A stretch of DNA of 64,000 nt from a virus (lineage: Duplodnaviria > Caudoviricetes). Both the position numbers and the translations under genes were made by a program. Below are positions 9,720-18,446 of the stretch, one piece after another. Where the stretch lies: positions 877 to 64,876 of the IMG/VR virus record IMGVR_UViG_3300035691_000004. The stretch is one strand, 5' to 3'. Within the stretch, counting starts at the first letter, position 1. The number at the start of each line of letters is the position of its first letter. The notes beneath the pieces were generated by a model. The model did no database searches, was not told the DNA's origin, and was given only the letters and a program-made list of their open reading frames with translations.

Positions 9720-10046
9720 ATGAGCTTGGTCTCTCAGCTTGAGCTCGCGCTTGCCGAAGCACGTCGGGCAGAAGGTCCCGGAGTAGCGAAGGCGCGCGCG
9801 GAGGATGCGGAGACGATTCGTTGGCGTGGTCAGGCACATGCGAAACTAGTGCACAGCGTGAGCCAACTGAAACGTTGGGGCCTGTCGCAAGCGGAGATTG
9901 CGCGCCGGATGCATATCTCTGACACGCACCTCTGCAAGCTGCTTTCGGATGGCATGTCGCATACTTGCAAAGTGCAGGGCGAGCACATTGAAGCGCTGAG
10001 CGAGATCATCGCTCGGGCCGCAGCAGAGGCGCTGAACTGTGGCTGA
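9720..10046 (+). CDS. HTH protein (CII-like position)
   Basis: GLSQAEIARRMHISDTHLCKLL. Confidence 0.6.
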   Translation: MSLVSQLELALAEARRAEGPGVAKARAEDAETIRWRGQAHAKLVHSVSQLKRWGLSQAEIARRMHISDTHLCKLLSDGMSHTCKVQGEHIEALSEIIARAAAEALNCG

Positions 10047-10174
10047 TTTCAACGTAGCGCAAGCATTGGGAAACTTGGGGAGCCGCTACTCGGTGCACGT
10101 GATCGCGTTGTCAGGCGGCGCGCGTGTGCATTGCTCAACAAATCTCACGTGAACAATTGACGAGGGCCACGACC

Positions 10175-11077
10175 ATGACCGAACAGACCAGCAACCCAGA
10201 ATACGAGCGACTCCGCACTGTCCTTTCGCGCTTCCCAAAGGCGCGCATCCCGACGCTCGAGCAGTTCGAGTCGCTGCATCTGCGAGGCGGAGCGGGCACC
10301 GGACGAGAGGGTGACCATTGCTCGCTCCAGGTGGTGCGCCTCTGGGAAGGCCACGACGACACGGCGAGCTACACGGTCCCGGACACCGACTCTCAGGTGT
10401 GCGGGCGCCTCCTGATTCGGTTCCAGGACGCCGTCAAAGACGACGCCATTCGGGACCGGCTGTGCAAGCCGCTCGCGGTCAAGCTCATCGGCTCGGCTGG
10501 CTCGCGCGCTCTCGAGGAGCGCCGCGCGTGGATGTCGGTCGACTGGGCGCTCCGCGTCGCGGCGCCGCTCTGGCTCGACCTGGCCGGCCTGACCGAACAT
10601 GCCGAGGCACTCCGCGCGCTGCCAGAGGTGGTCGACCGCGCGACGGCGGAAGCCTGCCGGAAGGTCCGTAACGACGCCCGCGACGCAGCGTGGAAGCTCC
10701 GCCGCGAGAAGCTCGAAGAGCTTCGAGCAAAATATGGATCAGACGCAGTCGCAGTCGCAGCCGCAGACGCAGCCGCAGACGCAGTCGCAGACGCAGTCGC
10801 AGTCGCAGTCGCAGTCGCAGTCGCAGACGCAGCCGCAGACGCAGTCGCAGTCGCAGTCGCAGTCGCAGCCGCAGCCGCAGCCGCAGCCGCAGCCGCAGCC
10901 GCAGCCGCAGCCCGCTACACCGCGGAGTGGCAACGGATCTACGACGATAGCTATAGAAAAGTCCGCGCAATTCTCGACGGACCCGTCAAGGAAAAACTGC
11001 GCGCGACCTCCGAAAAAGTATGGGAGTCGGGCGCCGATTGCCTGTCCCAAATGCTCGAGGCGACCGAAGCGATCTGA
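10175..11077 (+). CDS. Hypothetical protein with Ala-(Val/Asp/Ala) repeat tract
   Basis: Open across the hexamer repeat, with normal coding flanks. Confidence 0.7.
   Translation: MTEQTSNPEYERLRTVLSRFPKARIPTLEQFESLHLRGGAGTGREGDHCSLQVVRLWEGHDDTASYTVPDTDSQVCGRLLIRFQDAVKDDAIRDRLCKPLAVKLIGSAGSRALEERRAWMSVDWALRVAAPLWLDLAGLTEHAEALRALPEVVDRATAEACRKVRNDARDAAWKLRREKLEELRAKYGSDAVAVAAADAAADAVADAVAVAVAVAVADAAADAVAVAVAVAAAAAAAAAAAAAAAARYTAEWQRIYDDSYRKVRAILDGPVKEKLRATSEKVWESGADCLSQMLEATEAI
10745..10912. repeat. Tandem hexamer repeat GCAG(A/T/C)C, about 28 units
   Basis: Seen directly. Confidence 0.95.
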
Positions 11078-11080
11078 CCC

Positions 11081-11521
11081 ATGAAGCGCGTCGCCCTTAC
11101 CCGTCGCACCCCGCTCAAGCGCTCATCAGCGCTCGGCCGCAGTGCGTTCGGCGCGAGCCCGATGCCGCTGCTGCGCGCGACGCCCCTGCGCAGGACCAAG
11201 CTTCGCCGCAAGCCGACCCGGGGGAAGGCGGGGGACGAGCCTGAGCGCTTGGCCTGGCTGCGAAGCTTGGACTGCTGCGCCTGCGGCAGGCGCGGATTGA
11301 GCCACGCCCATCATCGAACGCTGAGCGGTCGCGGCAAAGGGCAGAAGAGTCCGGACTCGGAGGCCATGCCGCTCTGCGCGAGGTGTCACTCGGACCTGCA
11401 TTCGCTCGCGGGCATGTTCCGCGGGCTGAGCAAGCTCGCACTGCGTGAGTGGCAGATTCGGCAGGTCGAAGTGCTGCAAGGCTGGTATGCGCGGCTGTTC
11501 GCGCCACGGGAGGCAGTGTGA
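11081..11521 (+). CDS. DUF968/NinG-like HNH-fold protein
   Basis: Basic TPLKR N-terminus, CCACG..HAHH..PLCARCH. Confidence 0.7.
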   Translation: MKRVALTRRTPLKRSSALGRSAFGASPMPLLRATPLRRTKLRRKPTRGKAGDEPERLAWLRSLDCCACGRRGLSHAHHRTLSGRGKGQKSPDSEAMPLCARCHSDLHSLAGMFRGLSKLALREWQIRQVEVLQGWYARLFAPREAV

Positions 11522-11707
11522 ACTTCTTTCGCGAGAACCCGGGCTGGACGTGCCTGATGCTCTTTATCGTCTGTCTGACCATCGACGGCGTCGTGAAAGC
11601 AATCTGCAAGCGGAGGAAGTCGTGAGCCTCGCAGCCTTCGGCTGGACCATCATCGGCTGGTGCATCTTCGTGGCGCTCACGCTGCCGCTGCTGGGGGGGG
11701 GCAACCC

Positions 11708-12205
11708 ATGAGCCCGTTCGCCCAAGCCGTGCTCGCGGTTCTCCTGTCGCGACCCGTCTACCGCGAAGACGTGGAGCTACCCGACGAAAAGCGCGCCCAG
11801 CTCGAGCTCGTTGCTCCGGCCATCGCCGAAGCCTCGCGCGGTGACAAGTTCGTCGCGGCGCTATTGATTGCGATTGGGGATGCGGAGACGCACTGGAGCC
11901 TCCGCGTGTGGCGAGGGAACTGCTTCAGGTACGAATGCGACGCGGGCCGAGCACGCGGGCTCTGGCAGACACACCAGAACGCGCACGTTACGCCGGCCCA
12001 ATGGGAAACGCTCGACGACCCAACTCCGGAAGGAACGCTCGCGGGAGCTCGGGCTGCGCGGAGCATCCTGCTCTATGGCGTCCACGTTTGCGGGCGTGAC
12101 CCGGCGTGCGTACTGCGCGTTTTCGCGGGCAAGGGAGCACTGAGCAACTGGTCTGGGCTCGGACCGAGGTTGCAAACTTTTGAAGCGGCGCGGAGGCGGC
12201 TGTGA
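11708..12205 (+). CDS. Lysozyme-like/lytic transglycosylase-like protein
   Basis: AIGDAET (candidate catalytic Glu) and ARGLWQ; hydrophobic N-terminus. Confidence 0.5.
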   Translation: MSPFAQAVLAVLLSRPVYREDVELPDEKRAQLELVAPAIAEASRGDKFVAALLIAIGDAETHWSLRVWRGNCFRYECDAGRARGLWQTHQNAHVTPAQWETLDDPTPEGTLAGARAARSILLYGVHVCGRDPACVLRVFAGKGALSNWSGLGPRLQTFEAARRRL

Positions 12206-12609
12206 GCAATCTCCTAGTTGCCGACGTAATGGATCGTCTACGCATCGGGCGCACGCTCGCCACCGAGATCGTGAGCCGCTACGGGTATCGCGTGGGCAGA
12301 CTGCTACGGATCACCGAAGAGCAGCTAGAGATGTACCTGAAAGCGCAAAGGGCGGAGCAAGAGGCGGAATGGCAAAAGCAGACGGACTCTACCGACCAAG
12401 CTATCGAGACCGGGAAACAGGCAAGCTCAAGCGCTCTCGATTTTGGTGGGCTCGTGACCCGCGGGACAACGGCAAGCGCAAGTCAACCGGCTGCGAAGAC
12501 CGAGAAGCGGCGGGCAAAGTCCTTGAGCACTGGCGACTGCTCGCTGAGCACCCGACCCATCGCGCCGCGCACCAAACCACGGTTGGCCACTGGGCAGAGG
12601 TCGTCTTGA
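12202..12609 (+). CDS. Excisionase-like HTH protein overlapping int
   Basis: LLVADVMDRLRIGRT...RVGRLLRITEEQL resembles HTH_17; directly upstream of int. Confidence 0.65.
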   Translation: MSNLLVADVMDRLRIGRTLATEIVSRYGYRVGRLLRITEEQLEMYLKAQRAEQEAEWQKQTDSTDQAIETGKQASSSALDFGGLVTRGTTASASQPAAKTEKRRAKSLSTGDCSLSTRPIAPRTKPRLATGQRSS

Positions 12610-13847
12610 CGCACAAGCGCGAGAAGAAAGCCGAGGGCACGGCTCACATGTACGACGTGAAGCTGCGGCACATCGTAAGACTGTTCGGCAAGGATAGTCC
12701 GGTCGTCACCGTTACGCCGGACGCGGTCGATCGCTACATCAAGACGCGCGAGATTGAGGGCGCGAAGGCGACGACGATTTCGAAGGAACTGACCGCGCTC
12801 GTGCAAATCTGCAAGTACGCACGCCGCGGCGGAGCGTTCCCGGCCCAGGTTGAGGCGCTCAGGCCGGTTGGGTATTCGACCGGGTACGAGCCTCGCGAGC
12901 GCAAAGCGAGCTGGCCAGAGCTCGACCGGCTGCGGGTGGCCCTGCCCGCGGACCGGTTCGCCATGGTCGCCTTCATCGTGGCCACCTCAGCCAGACTCTC
13001 TGAGGCGCTTCGGGCCGAGCCGGACGACTACGACCGAACGGCTGGGACTATCGCGATCCATGGGTCCAAGACGGCCGAGGCATCCGCCACGATCCCGGTA
13101 GTTTCTGTGTTCCGGGCCCTCCTCGACGAGGCGATGCCGCACGCGCCGTTCGGCTGGACCAACATCTCCGCGGAGCTTCCTAGGGCCTGCGAGAAGATCG
13201 GGGTTGAGCGCCTGACGCCGAACGACCTACGACGCACGACCGCGAGCATGCTGCGCGCCGCTGGCGTCGAGACCGGCATGATCGCCCGCATCCTGCGTCA
13301 CAAGGATAGCCGCATGATCGAGCGGGTCTACGGTCGCGTCACCCCTGCAGAAATAGGCGAACAAATCGAACGGCAGCTCGAGAGGGGGCGCGCTCGCGGC
13401 TTTGACGAAATCACGCCGATTGAAACAGAATCAGGCGAACAATCCGCAGCGTTGGCGAACGAAAACGCCAATGAATACGTCGCGCAAACTAAGATGACCG
13501 AGAGCTCTACGGGCTTTAAAATCCCTCGCCCGGAAGGGCATGAGAGTTCGAGTCTCTCAGGGGCCACAGAGCCAAAAACAAGTAAATCGTCTGGGGTAAC
13601 GGCCAACGATTTTGCGGCGTGCGCGCAAGCAGACTTTGACGCTTTCACGCCAAGTCCAACTAGCGCGAGGGATTTCTACGTTGCCGTGGTCGAGGCTGCC
13701 GAACGCGCACAAGCCGTAGCCGTCTCGCGCTTCCCACACCCGATCCCAGCGGTCGTCAAGGTGGCGCTGTTCGCCCGCGCCCGCGCCACCACTCTCGCGG
13801 GCCTCGCTCTCGCAGTCGGCGCCCTCCCACCTGAGGGGGCGCTGTGA
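12369..13847 (+). CDS. int: Tyrosine integrase with long C-terminal tail containing attP
   Basis: SARLSE (R), GSKT (K), NDLRR, LRH, RVY (Tyr). Confidence 0.9.
   Translation: MAKADGLYRPSYRDRETGKLKRSRFWWARDPRDNGKRKSTGCEDREAAGKVLEHWRLLAEHPTHRAAHQTTVGHWAEVVLTHKREKKAEGTAHMYDVKLRHIVRLFGKDSPVVTVTPDAVDRYIKTREIEGAKATTISKELTALVQICKYARRGGAFPAQVEALRPVGYSTGYEPRERKASWPELDRLRVALPADRFAMVAFIVATSARLSEALRAEPDDYDRTAGTIAIHGSKTAEASATIPVVSVFRALLDEAMPHAPFGWTNISAELPRACEKIGVERLTPNDLRRTTASMLRAAGVETGMIARILRHKDSRMIERVYGRVTPAEIGEQIERQLERGRARGFDEITPIETESGEQSAALANENANEYVAQTKMTESSTGFKIPRPEGHESSSLSGATEPKTSKSSGVTANDFAACAQADFDAFTPSPTSARDFYVAVVEAAERAQAVAVSRFPHPIPAVVKVALFARARATTLAGLALAVGALPPEGAL
13515..13568 (+). other. attP core: 3' half of tRNA-Leu(TAA)
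   Basis: TTTAAAA anticodon loop, TCCCT, long variable arm GCCC-GGAA-GGGC, T arm GAGAG-TTCGAGT-CTCTC, acceptor strand AGGGGCCA; no 5' half. Confidence 0.85.
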
Positions 13848-14266
13848 GCCGCTGCGGTTACAGCGACGACCTGGACAACCTCGCGCTGGGTAGGTGGCGG
13901 GGCCAAGTAGAGAGCGCGCTGCGTGGCAAACGCGGCCAGCTTTTCCTGCGCGAGCTGATAGCCGACCTCGACGCCATGCCACAGAAGCGGCTCATCAAGA
14001 ACGAGCTGGAGGAAGGCGGCGAGGTCTGTGCGCTCGGAGCGCTTGGTAGGGCGCGCGGCGTCGCACTGGCTGAGATCGACACGTACGACTACGAGCAGCT
14101 CGGCTCGACTTTCGACATCGCTCATCAGCTCGCCCAGGAGACGATGTACGTGAATGACGAGTACGGCTCCACGCCCGAGCAGCGGTGGCAGACGGTCCGT
14201 GATTGGGCAGAGGAGAATCTAGCGGCCCCCTCCACAGCTGAGGCGATGCGGGGAGGGCGGAGGTGA
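13844..14266 (+). CDS. Phage hypothetical protein
   Basis: 140 aa, GTGA overlap with int. Confidence 0.7.
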   Translation: MSRCGYSDDLDNLALGRWRGQVESALRGKRGQLFLRELIADLDAMPQKRLIKNELEEGGEVCALGALGRARGVALAEIDTYDYEQLGSTFDIAHQLAQETMYVNDEYGSTPEQRWQTVRDWAEENLAAPSTAEAMRGGRR

Positions 14267-14743
14267 CTACTCCCGGTCAAACAGCGCGATCATCTCCTCC
14301 GGCTCGAGCTTCAGCTCGTCGGCTACGGCCAGGGCGAGTTTTCCGCGGGCCCATTCCGACCAGCTCTCAATCGCCCGATCCGCTGCGCGATCCATCAGCT
14401 CCCACGCCTCGGGTGGACACGCGAGTTTGCGTCGTGGATTCACGTGGTGGCCGCGCGGGCCGCCCGTCGCGCGCTTCGCTGGCCCGAGCCACACATGGGT
14501 CACGTCGTCTAGCGGCTCTCCGTCCTGGTCGAGCCAGCGCTTGTCCTCCGGGTCCCACTCCGCAATCGCCTCGGCTCCGTCGCTCAGGCGCACGAGCACC
14601 CGAGCCGCATTCATGCGCGCGTCGACGCTCGCTCGGTAGCTCGGCGTCCAGCCGTCTCGCTCCTCGGCGTACGTGTCGAGCGAGAGCCACGTCCCACGGT
14701 CAGGCCCCGCTCCGATTGAGCGGGGGGTGCGAGGGGTGGACAT
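14267..14743 (-). CDS. Hypothetical protein, possible C-terminal ribbon-helix-helix
   Basis: Counter-oriented; RRKLACPPEAWELMDRAA..SWSEWAR. Confidence 0.55.
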   Translation of the reverse strand: MSTPRTPRSIGAGPDRGTWLSLDTYAEERDGWTPSYRASVDARMNAARVLVRLSDGAEAIAEWDPEDKRWLDQDGEPLDDVTHVWLGPAKRATGGPRGHHVNPRRKLACPPEAWELMDRAADRAIESWSEWARGKLALAVADELKLEPEEMIALFDRE

Positions 14744-15219
14744 CAGCCGCGACCCTCGGCGAAATCCGTCGCCACGGGCGCCGTGGCCGCCTCGATTGCG
14801 TCGAGCACCGTGGTGTAGTCGTCGCTCGCGAGATCACGGATCCGGGTGATCGTACGACCGTCAACCCAGTGATTGGGCTCACCCCACGCGCCGTAGCCGC
14901 GCGAGCCGTCCTCATGCGGGAGGAGAGTAACCTCGCCCTCGTACTCCTCGCCGTTGATTGTGAGCGTGAAATCCACATCGATACCGCGCTCTACGCCTGT
15001 GCTGGTCTCGCGGGCGTTGTCGCCTTCGCAGGTGACCTCCTCGATCTCCGGCTCGAATTCGATCAGCTCGCCGCCCTCACCAGCCTCCCATGCAGCCCAG
15101 GTGCGCAGCTGCTCGTTAGCCGTGCGTTGAGCCGCTTTGCACGCCTGCTCTTTGCTGAGGCCCTCACCCGCCGCAGCGCCATCGCTCAAACCGTAGGACC
15201 AATTCGTGGTATTAGACAT
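14743..15219 (-). CDS. Acidic hypothetical protein
   Basis: AAGGAG SD before ATG 15219 (MSNTTNW). Confidence 0.65.
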   Translation of the reverse strand: MSNTTNWSYGLSDGAAAGEGLSKEQACKAAQRTANEQLRTWAAWEAGEGGELIEFEPEIEEVTCEGDNARETSTGVERGIDVDFTLTINGEEYEGEVTLLPHEDGSRGYGAWGEPNHWVDGRTITRIRDLASDDYTTVLDAIEAATAPVATDFAEGRG

Positions 15220-15290
15220 TGTCGGAATCTCCTTGGGGTTTCGACCGGGCCCGGGTCGTTTGCGCGACGCCGGGCCGCTCTGACAAGAGA

Positions 15291-15320
15291 GAGTATGCAT
15301 CTGCGCGGGGCCCCGCGCAA
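15291..15320 (-). promoter_or_regulatory. Leftward promoter with operator-like site
   Basis: TTGCGC-17 bp-CATACT on minus strand; GAGTATGCATCTGCGC (15291) resembles OL/OR; palindrome TGCGCGGGGCCCCGCGCA. Confidence 0.55.
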
Positions 15321-15452
15321 TGACTTTTTTCAAAAATCGACATGGGCTAGGTCGATTTCTTGGGGCAGCTGGAATCGTGCTGGATTCGTGGCCAGGTGCT
15401 CGGCTGCGGCGTGGTCGCTCGCGGCGGTGGCGAGCATGCGGGGGGTACGGTC

Positions 15453-16214
15453 GTGAGCGCGGCGCAGCTTGTTGCGCTTGGCTGCGGCTTGGCTGGGCTC
15501 GAGTCGCTCGATGCTGAATCGGTTCAGCTCATTTTCGCCGACCTGCCATCCGGCGAGACTCAGGCGGCATTCGACAAGCGCGTGGACTTGCCACGTTTCT
15601 GGGCTGCAGCCTGGGGTGCGCTCCGGCAGGGCGGGACCGTGCTGCTCATGGCCAGCTCGCTTCGGTTCGCCGGGGAGCTAGTGGCCTCACAGCCGACCGA
15701 GTTCCGCTACGACCTGATCTGGGAAAAGTCGCTCGCGGTCGGATTCTTGAACGCGCGGATCCGGCCATTGCGCGCCCACGAATTCATTCTCATTTTCCAG
15801 CGCGCGTCGGCAGTCTTCAATCCGCAGTTCCTCGAGACTGGCGTGCCAATCAGCTCGATCGTGCGCGGCACAGAAAGCAAATCAGAGAATTGGGGCCTCG
15901 GCTACCGCAGTCAGTCCCGAGCCGGCAAAACCGACCGATTCCCGCGCTCAGTGCTGCGGTTCGGCTCACTCCCGACGCGGAGCAAGGAGCGCGTTCACCC
16001 ACAGCAAAAGCCGCTCGACCTGCTGCAGAACCTCGTTCGACAATACTCGAATCCGGGCGATCTCGTGGTCGATCCCTGCGCTGGCAGCGGCTCCATGGGT
16101 CGCGCTGCCCTTGCCGAGGGGCGACGATTCTTCGGTTGGGATTCGGACCCGCGCTTCGGATGTGAGCCGGACCAGTCCCTAGCCTTTGCGGCGATGCGGG
16201 GAGGGATGAGGTAA
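15453..16214 (+). CDS. DNA N4/N6 methyltransferase (beta class)
   Basis: DLPS motif IV variant, HPQQKP, VVDPCAGSGS motif I. Confidence 0.85.
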   Translation: MSAAQLVALGCGLAGLESLDAESVQLIFADLPSGETQAAFDKRVDLPRFWAAAWGALRQGGTVLLMASSLRFAGELVASQPTEFRYDLIWEKSLAVGFLNARIRPLRAHEFILIFQRASAVFNPQFLETGVPISSIVRGTESKSENWGLGYRSQSRAGKTDRFPRSVLRFGSLPTRSKERVHPQQKPLDLLQNLVRQYSNPGDLVVDPCAGSGSMGRAALAEGRRFFGWDSDPRFGCEPDQSLAFAAMRGGMR

Positions 16215-16561
16215 TGGCCACCGCATCCGTGATTGGCTCGTGCCCGCGGGATGGCCGGCACTGGGAGTGCCAGTGCGCTCGCTGCGGCTCGTCCCTTGGC
16301 TTCGAGGATTGCTCGCAGTGTGACGGAGACGGGTTCATCGGCCACGACTGCGGCGAGGATTCGTGCTTCTGCCGGCTGCCACAGGACAACATCCCTTGCA
16401 ACTGGTGCGCGGGGACCGGCGGCTACGGCGTTTGCATCTCGGGAGAGGACTGGTGCCAGGCGCACCCGATGTCTGGACGTGAGGAGACGAAGCGCGGGAC
16501 CGTCGAGTGGTTCACGTTCGATACTGAGCCAACCCGCTCCGCGATTGAGGGGGTGCCCTGA
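16214..16561 (+). CDS. Cys-rich zinc-finger protein
   Basis: CxxCxGxG repeats (CSQCDGDG, CNWCAGTG). Confidence 0.65.
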   Translation: MATASVIGSCPRDGRHWECQCARCGSSLGFEDCSQCDGDGFIGHDCGEDSCFCRLPQDNIPCNWCAGTGGYGVCISGEDWCQAHPMSGREETKRGTVEWFTFDTEPTRSAIEGVP

Positions 16562-16818
16562 TGGCCCGAGCCACTGCTACGCCCAAGCTCCACGCGGCGA
16601 CGCTCCTGTGGGTGGCACGCGACCTGAGCAAGCGCGCTGAGGAGTTGCGCCTCGTTGCCGCCTCGCCTGGGCAGGACTTCGAATATGCAAGGACGCTCTT
16701 CGCTAGAGCGCTCGAGCTATCCATCGCTGCTCGGCGGATGCGGGCCAAGGCGGGCGCGCGCGGCGCTGCCAAGAGGCGGTCAGCCCCCTCCACAGCTCAA
16801 TTAGGAGAGGGCCGGTGA
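16561..16818 (+). CDS. Hypothetical protein
   Basis: 85 aa, coupled to neighbours. Confidence 0.5.
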   Translation: MARATATPKLHAATLLWVARDLSKRAEELRLVAASPGQDFEYARTLFARALELSIAARRMRAKAGARGAAKRRSAPSTAQLGEGR

Positions 16819-17309
16819 GCGGGCTCAGGACGGTGGCGGACCGATTTTGGGCGAAGGTCGACCGGGAAGGTCCTTTGCTGCGCCCCGAGCTTGGCAAGTG
16901 CTGGGTGTGGACCGCGTCAACAAATCAATGGGGCTACGGGCAGTTCAATGCACGCGAACATCAGTGCACGCTGGCACATCGGTTCGCCTGGCGGTTGTCG
17001 TTCGGCGATGCCAAGGAAATGTGCGTTCTGCATAAGTGCGACAATCCGCGCTGCGTAAATCCGGATCATCTATTCCTCGGAACGCGAACAGAGAACGCGG
17101 CTGACAAGGTGCGCAAGCATCGCCAGAGCCGCATTAGCTTGCCAGGCTCGCGCAATCCGATTGCGAAGCTCTCAGAGGAACAGGTGACACAGATGCGGGC
17201 GCTGGCACGCTCTGGTGTGTCCGGCGCAGAGCTTGGCCGCCGTTTTTCGGTCAGCAAATCAACGGCATGTCGCGCAATCCGCGGAGCCCTCTGGAGGCAC
17301 GTCGCATGA
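16815..17309 (+). CDS. HNH homing endonuclease 1 (HNH_3 type with C-terminal HTH)
   Basis: RFWAKVD, CWVW, AHR, VLHKCDNPRCVNPDHL..GT..EN. Confidence 0.92.
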   Translation: MSGLRTVADRFWAKVDREGPLLRPELGKCWVWTASTNQWGYGQFNAREHQCTLAHRFAWRLSFGDAKEMCVLHKCDNPRCVNPDHLFLGTRTENAADKVRKHRQSRISLPGSRNPIAKLSEEQVTQMRALARSGVSGAELGRRFSVSKSTACRAIRGALWRHVA

Positions 17310-17896
17310 GGACCGTGGCCATTCTTTATTGTGACCCGCGTGGACCGTATCCGAAAATGGAGGCGGTCGACTGCTGGGACGAGGAGCGGGACGCGAAGCT
17401 CTACGACGGGCCGCACCCGGTTGTAGCGCATCCGCCGTGTGGGCCGTGGGGAAGCCTGCGCCGCCAGTACCTCGGCAGCGAACACGCTTGCGCGCCTAGA
17501 GCGGTCGAACAGGTTCGCAAGTTCGGAGGAGTCCTAGAGCACCCGGCGCGCTCCGAGCTCTGGACGCACTGCTACCTGCCGAATCCAGGCGCGCGCGATG
17601 AGCACGGCTTCACGGTCCAGATAGACCAATGCGACTGGGGCCACGTCGCGCGCAAGCCGACCTGGCTCTACGTGATTGGCGTGCTCATGCGCGGCGTACT
17701 CGACGCGATCGACGAGCGCGAAGGGTCCGGAGTTCCGACGCATTGGTGTAGCGGCGGAAGGAACAACAAGACAGGCGGCAGCGTGCCGCCCGGAATAAAG
17801 GTCTGCTCCGCCCAGCAACGCCGCCGCACCCCACCCCTGTTCGCCCAGTTCTTAGTCGACCTGGCACGGGCCAGCCAAATCACGAGGCCCGCATGA
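17306..17896 (+). CDS. Short C5-cytosine methyltransferase-like protein
   Basis: VVAHPPC (motif IV), VLEHP, Q.DWGH..RKPTWL. Confidence 0.65.
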   Translation: MRTVAILYCDPRGPYPKMEAVDCWDEERDAKLYDGPHPVVAHPPCGPWGSLRRQYLGSEHACAPRAVEQVRKFGGVLEHPARSELWTHCYLPNPGARDEHGFTVQIDQCDWGHVARKPTWLYVIGVLMRGVLDAIDEREGSGVPTHWCSGGRNNKTGGSVPPGIKVCSAQQRRRTPPLFAQFLVDLARASQITRPA

Positions 17897-17924
17897 CCCA
17901 ACCAAACCGCCCAGGGGTGACCCA

Positions 17925-18179
17925 ATGACAGGCATGCTCGACTCTGGACGCTATCGTGTCTTCCTGGAGGAGCATTGGCGTGAGCAGGAGCGCGAAATGC
18001 GCGCACAGGGTCTTTTTGACCTCGCGAACGCATTCCAACAATTCGCAGACGGCCTAGCGCGCGAGCTCGGCGTCCCATCTGATGTGACGTGGGTCGACCG
18101 TGGCGTGCTGCGTGACTTTTACCGTCAGATGCGTGGCGAGTGGCACAGTCCAGGGGTGACCTGGGGAGAGGGGTGCTGA
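17925..18179 (+). CDS. Hypothetical protein
   Basis: 84 aa in operon. Confidence 0.5.
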   Translation: MTGMLDSGRYRVFLEEHWREQEREMRAQGLFDLANAFQQFADGLARELGVPSDVTWVDRGVLRDFYRQMRGEWHSPGVTWGEGC

Positions 18180-18442
18180 TGGCATTGCCGAGATACTTCG
18201 ATGCGCGACCGATGGTGACGCTCTCGAGTGAAGGGCTGCGCCAGGTGGACGAGATGCGCAAGCTCGGGTGGAAGCAGAACGCTTACGCCGTTCGCGAGGG
18301 CTGCAACTCATGCCCGAGGTGCGAAGCGCTTGCCTGCTACCCGCGGACCGATTGCGCCTACTGCGAATGGAAACCTGACGCGAGCGCCGCTAAGGAATTC
18401 ACGAAGCGGGCAGACGAACACCGCGCGGGGAAGGCTGGGTAG
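18179..18442 (+). CDS. Cys-rich hypothetical protein
   Basis: TGATG overlap; CPRC, CAYC. Confidence 0.5.
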   Translation: MALPRYFDARPMVTLSSEGLRQVDEMRKLGWKQNAYAVREGCNSCPRCEALACYPRTDCAYCEWKPDASAAKEFTKRADEHRAGKAG

Positions 18443-18446
18443 GCGG

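Noticed and set aside
10485-11084. Arg-Leu, Gln-Ser, Arg-Ser and Cys-Asp repeat ORFs in other frames
   Set aside because: By-products of the stop-free hexamer repeat; only the Ala-rich frame has coding flanks
13480-13570. Complete tRNA-Leu gene
   Set aside because: No D arm or matching 5' acceptor strand, and the anticodon stem 5' side mismatches; read as attP
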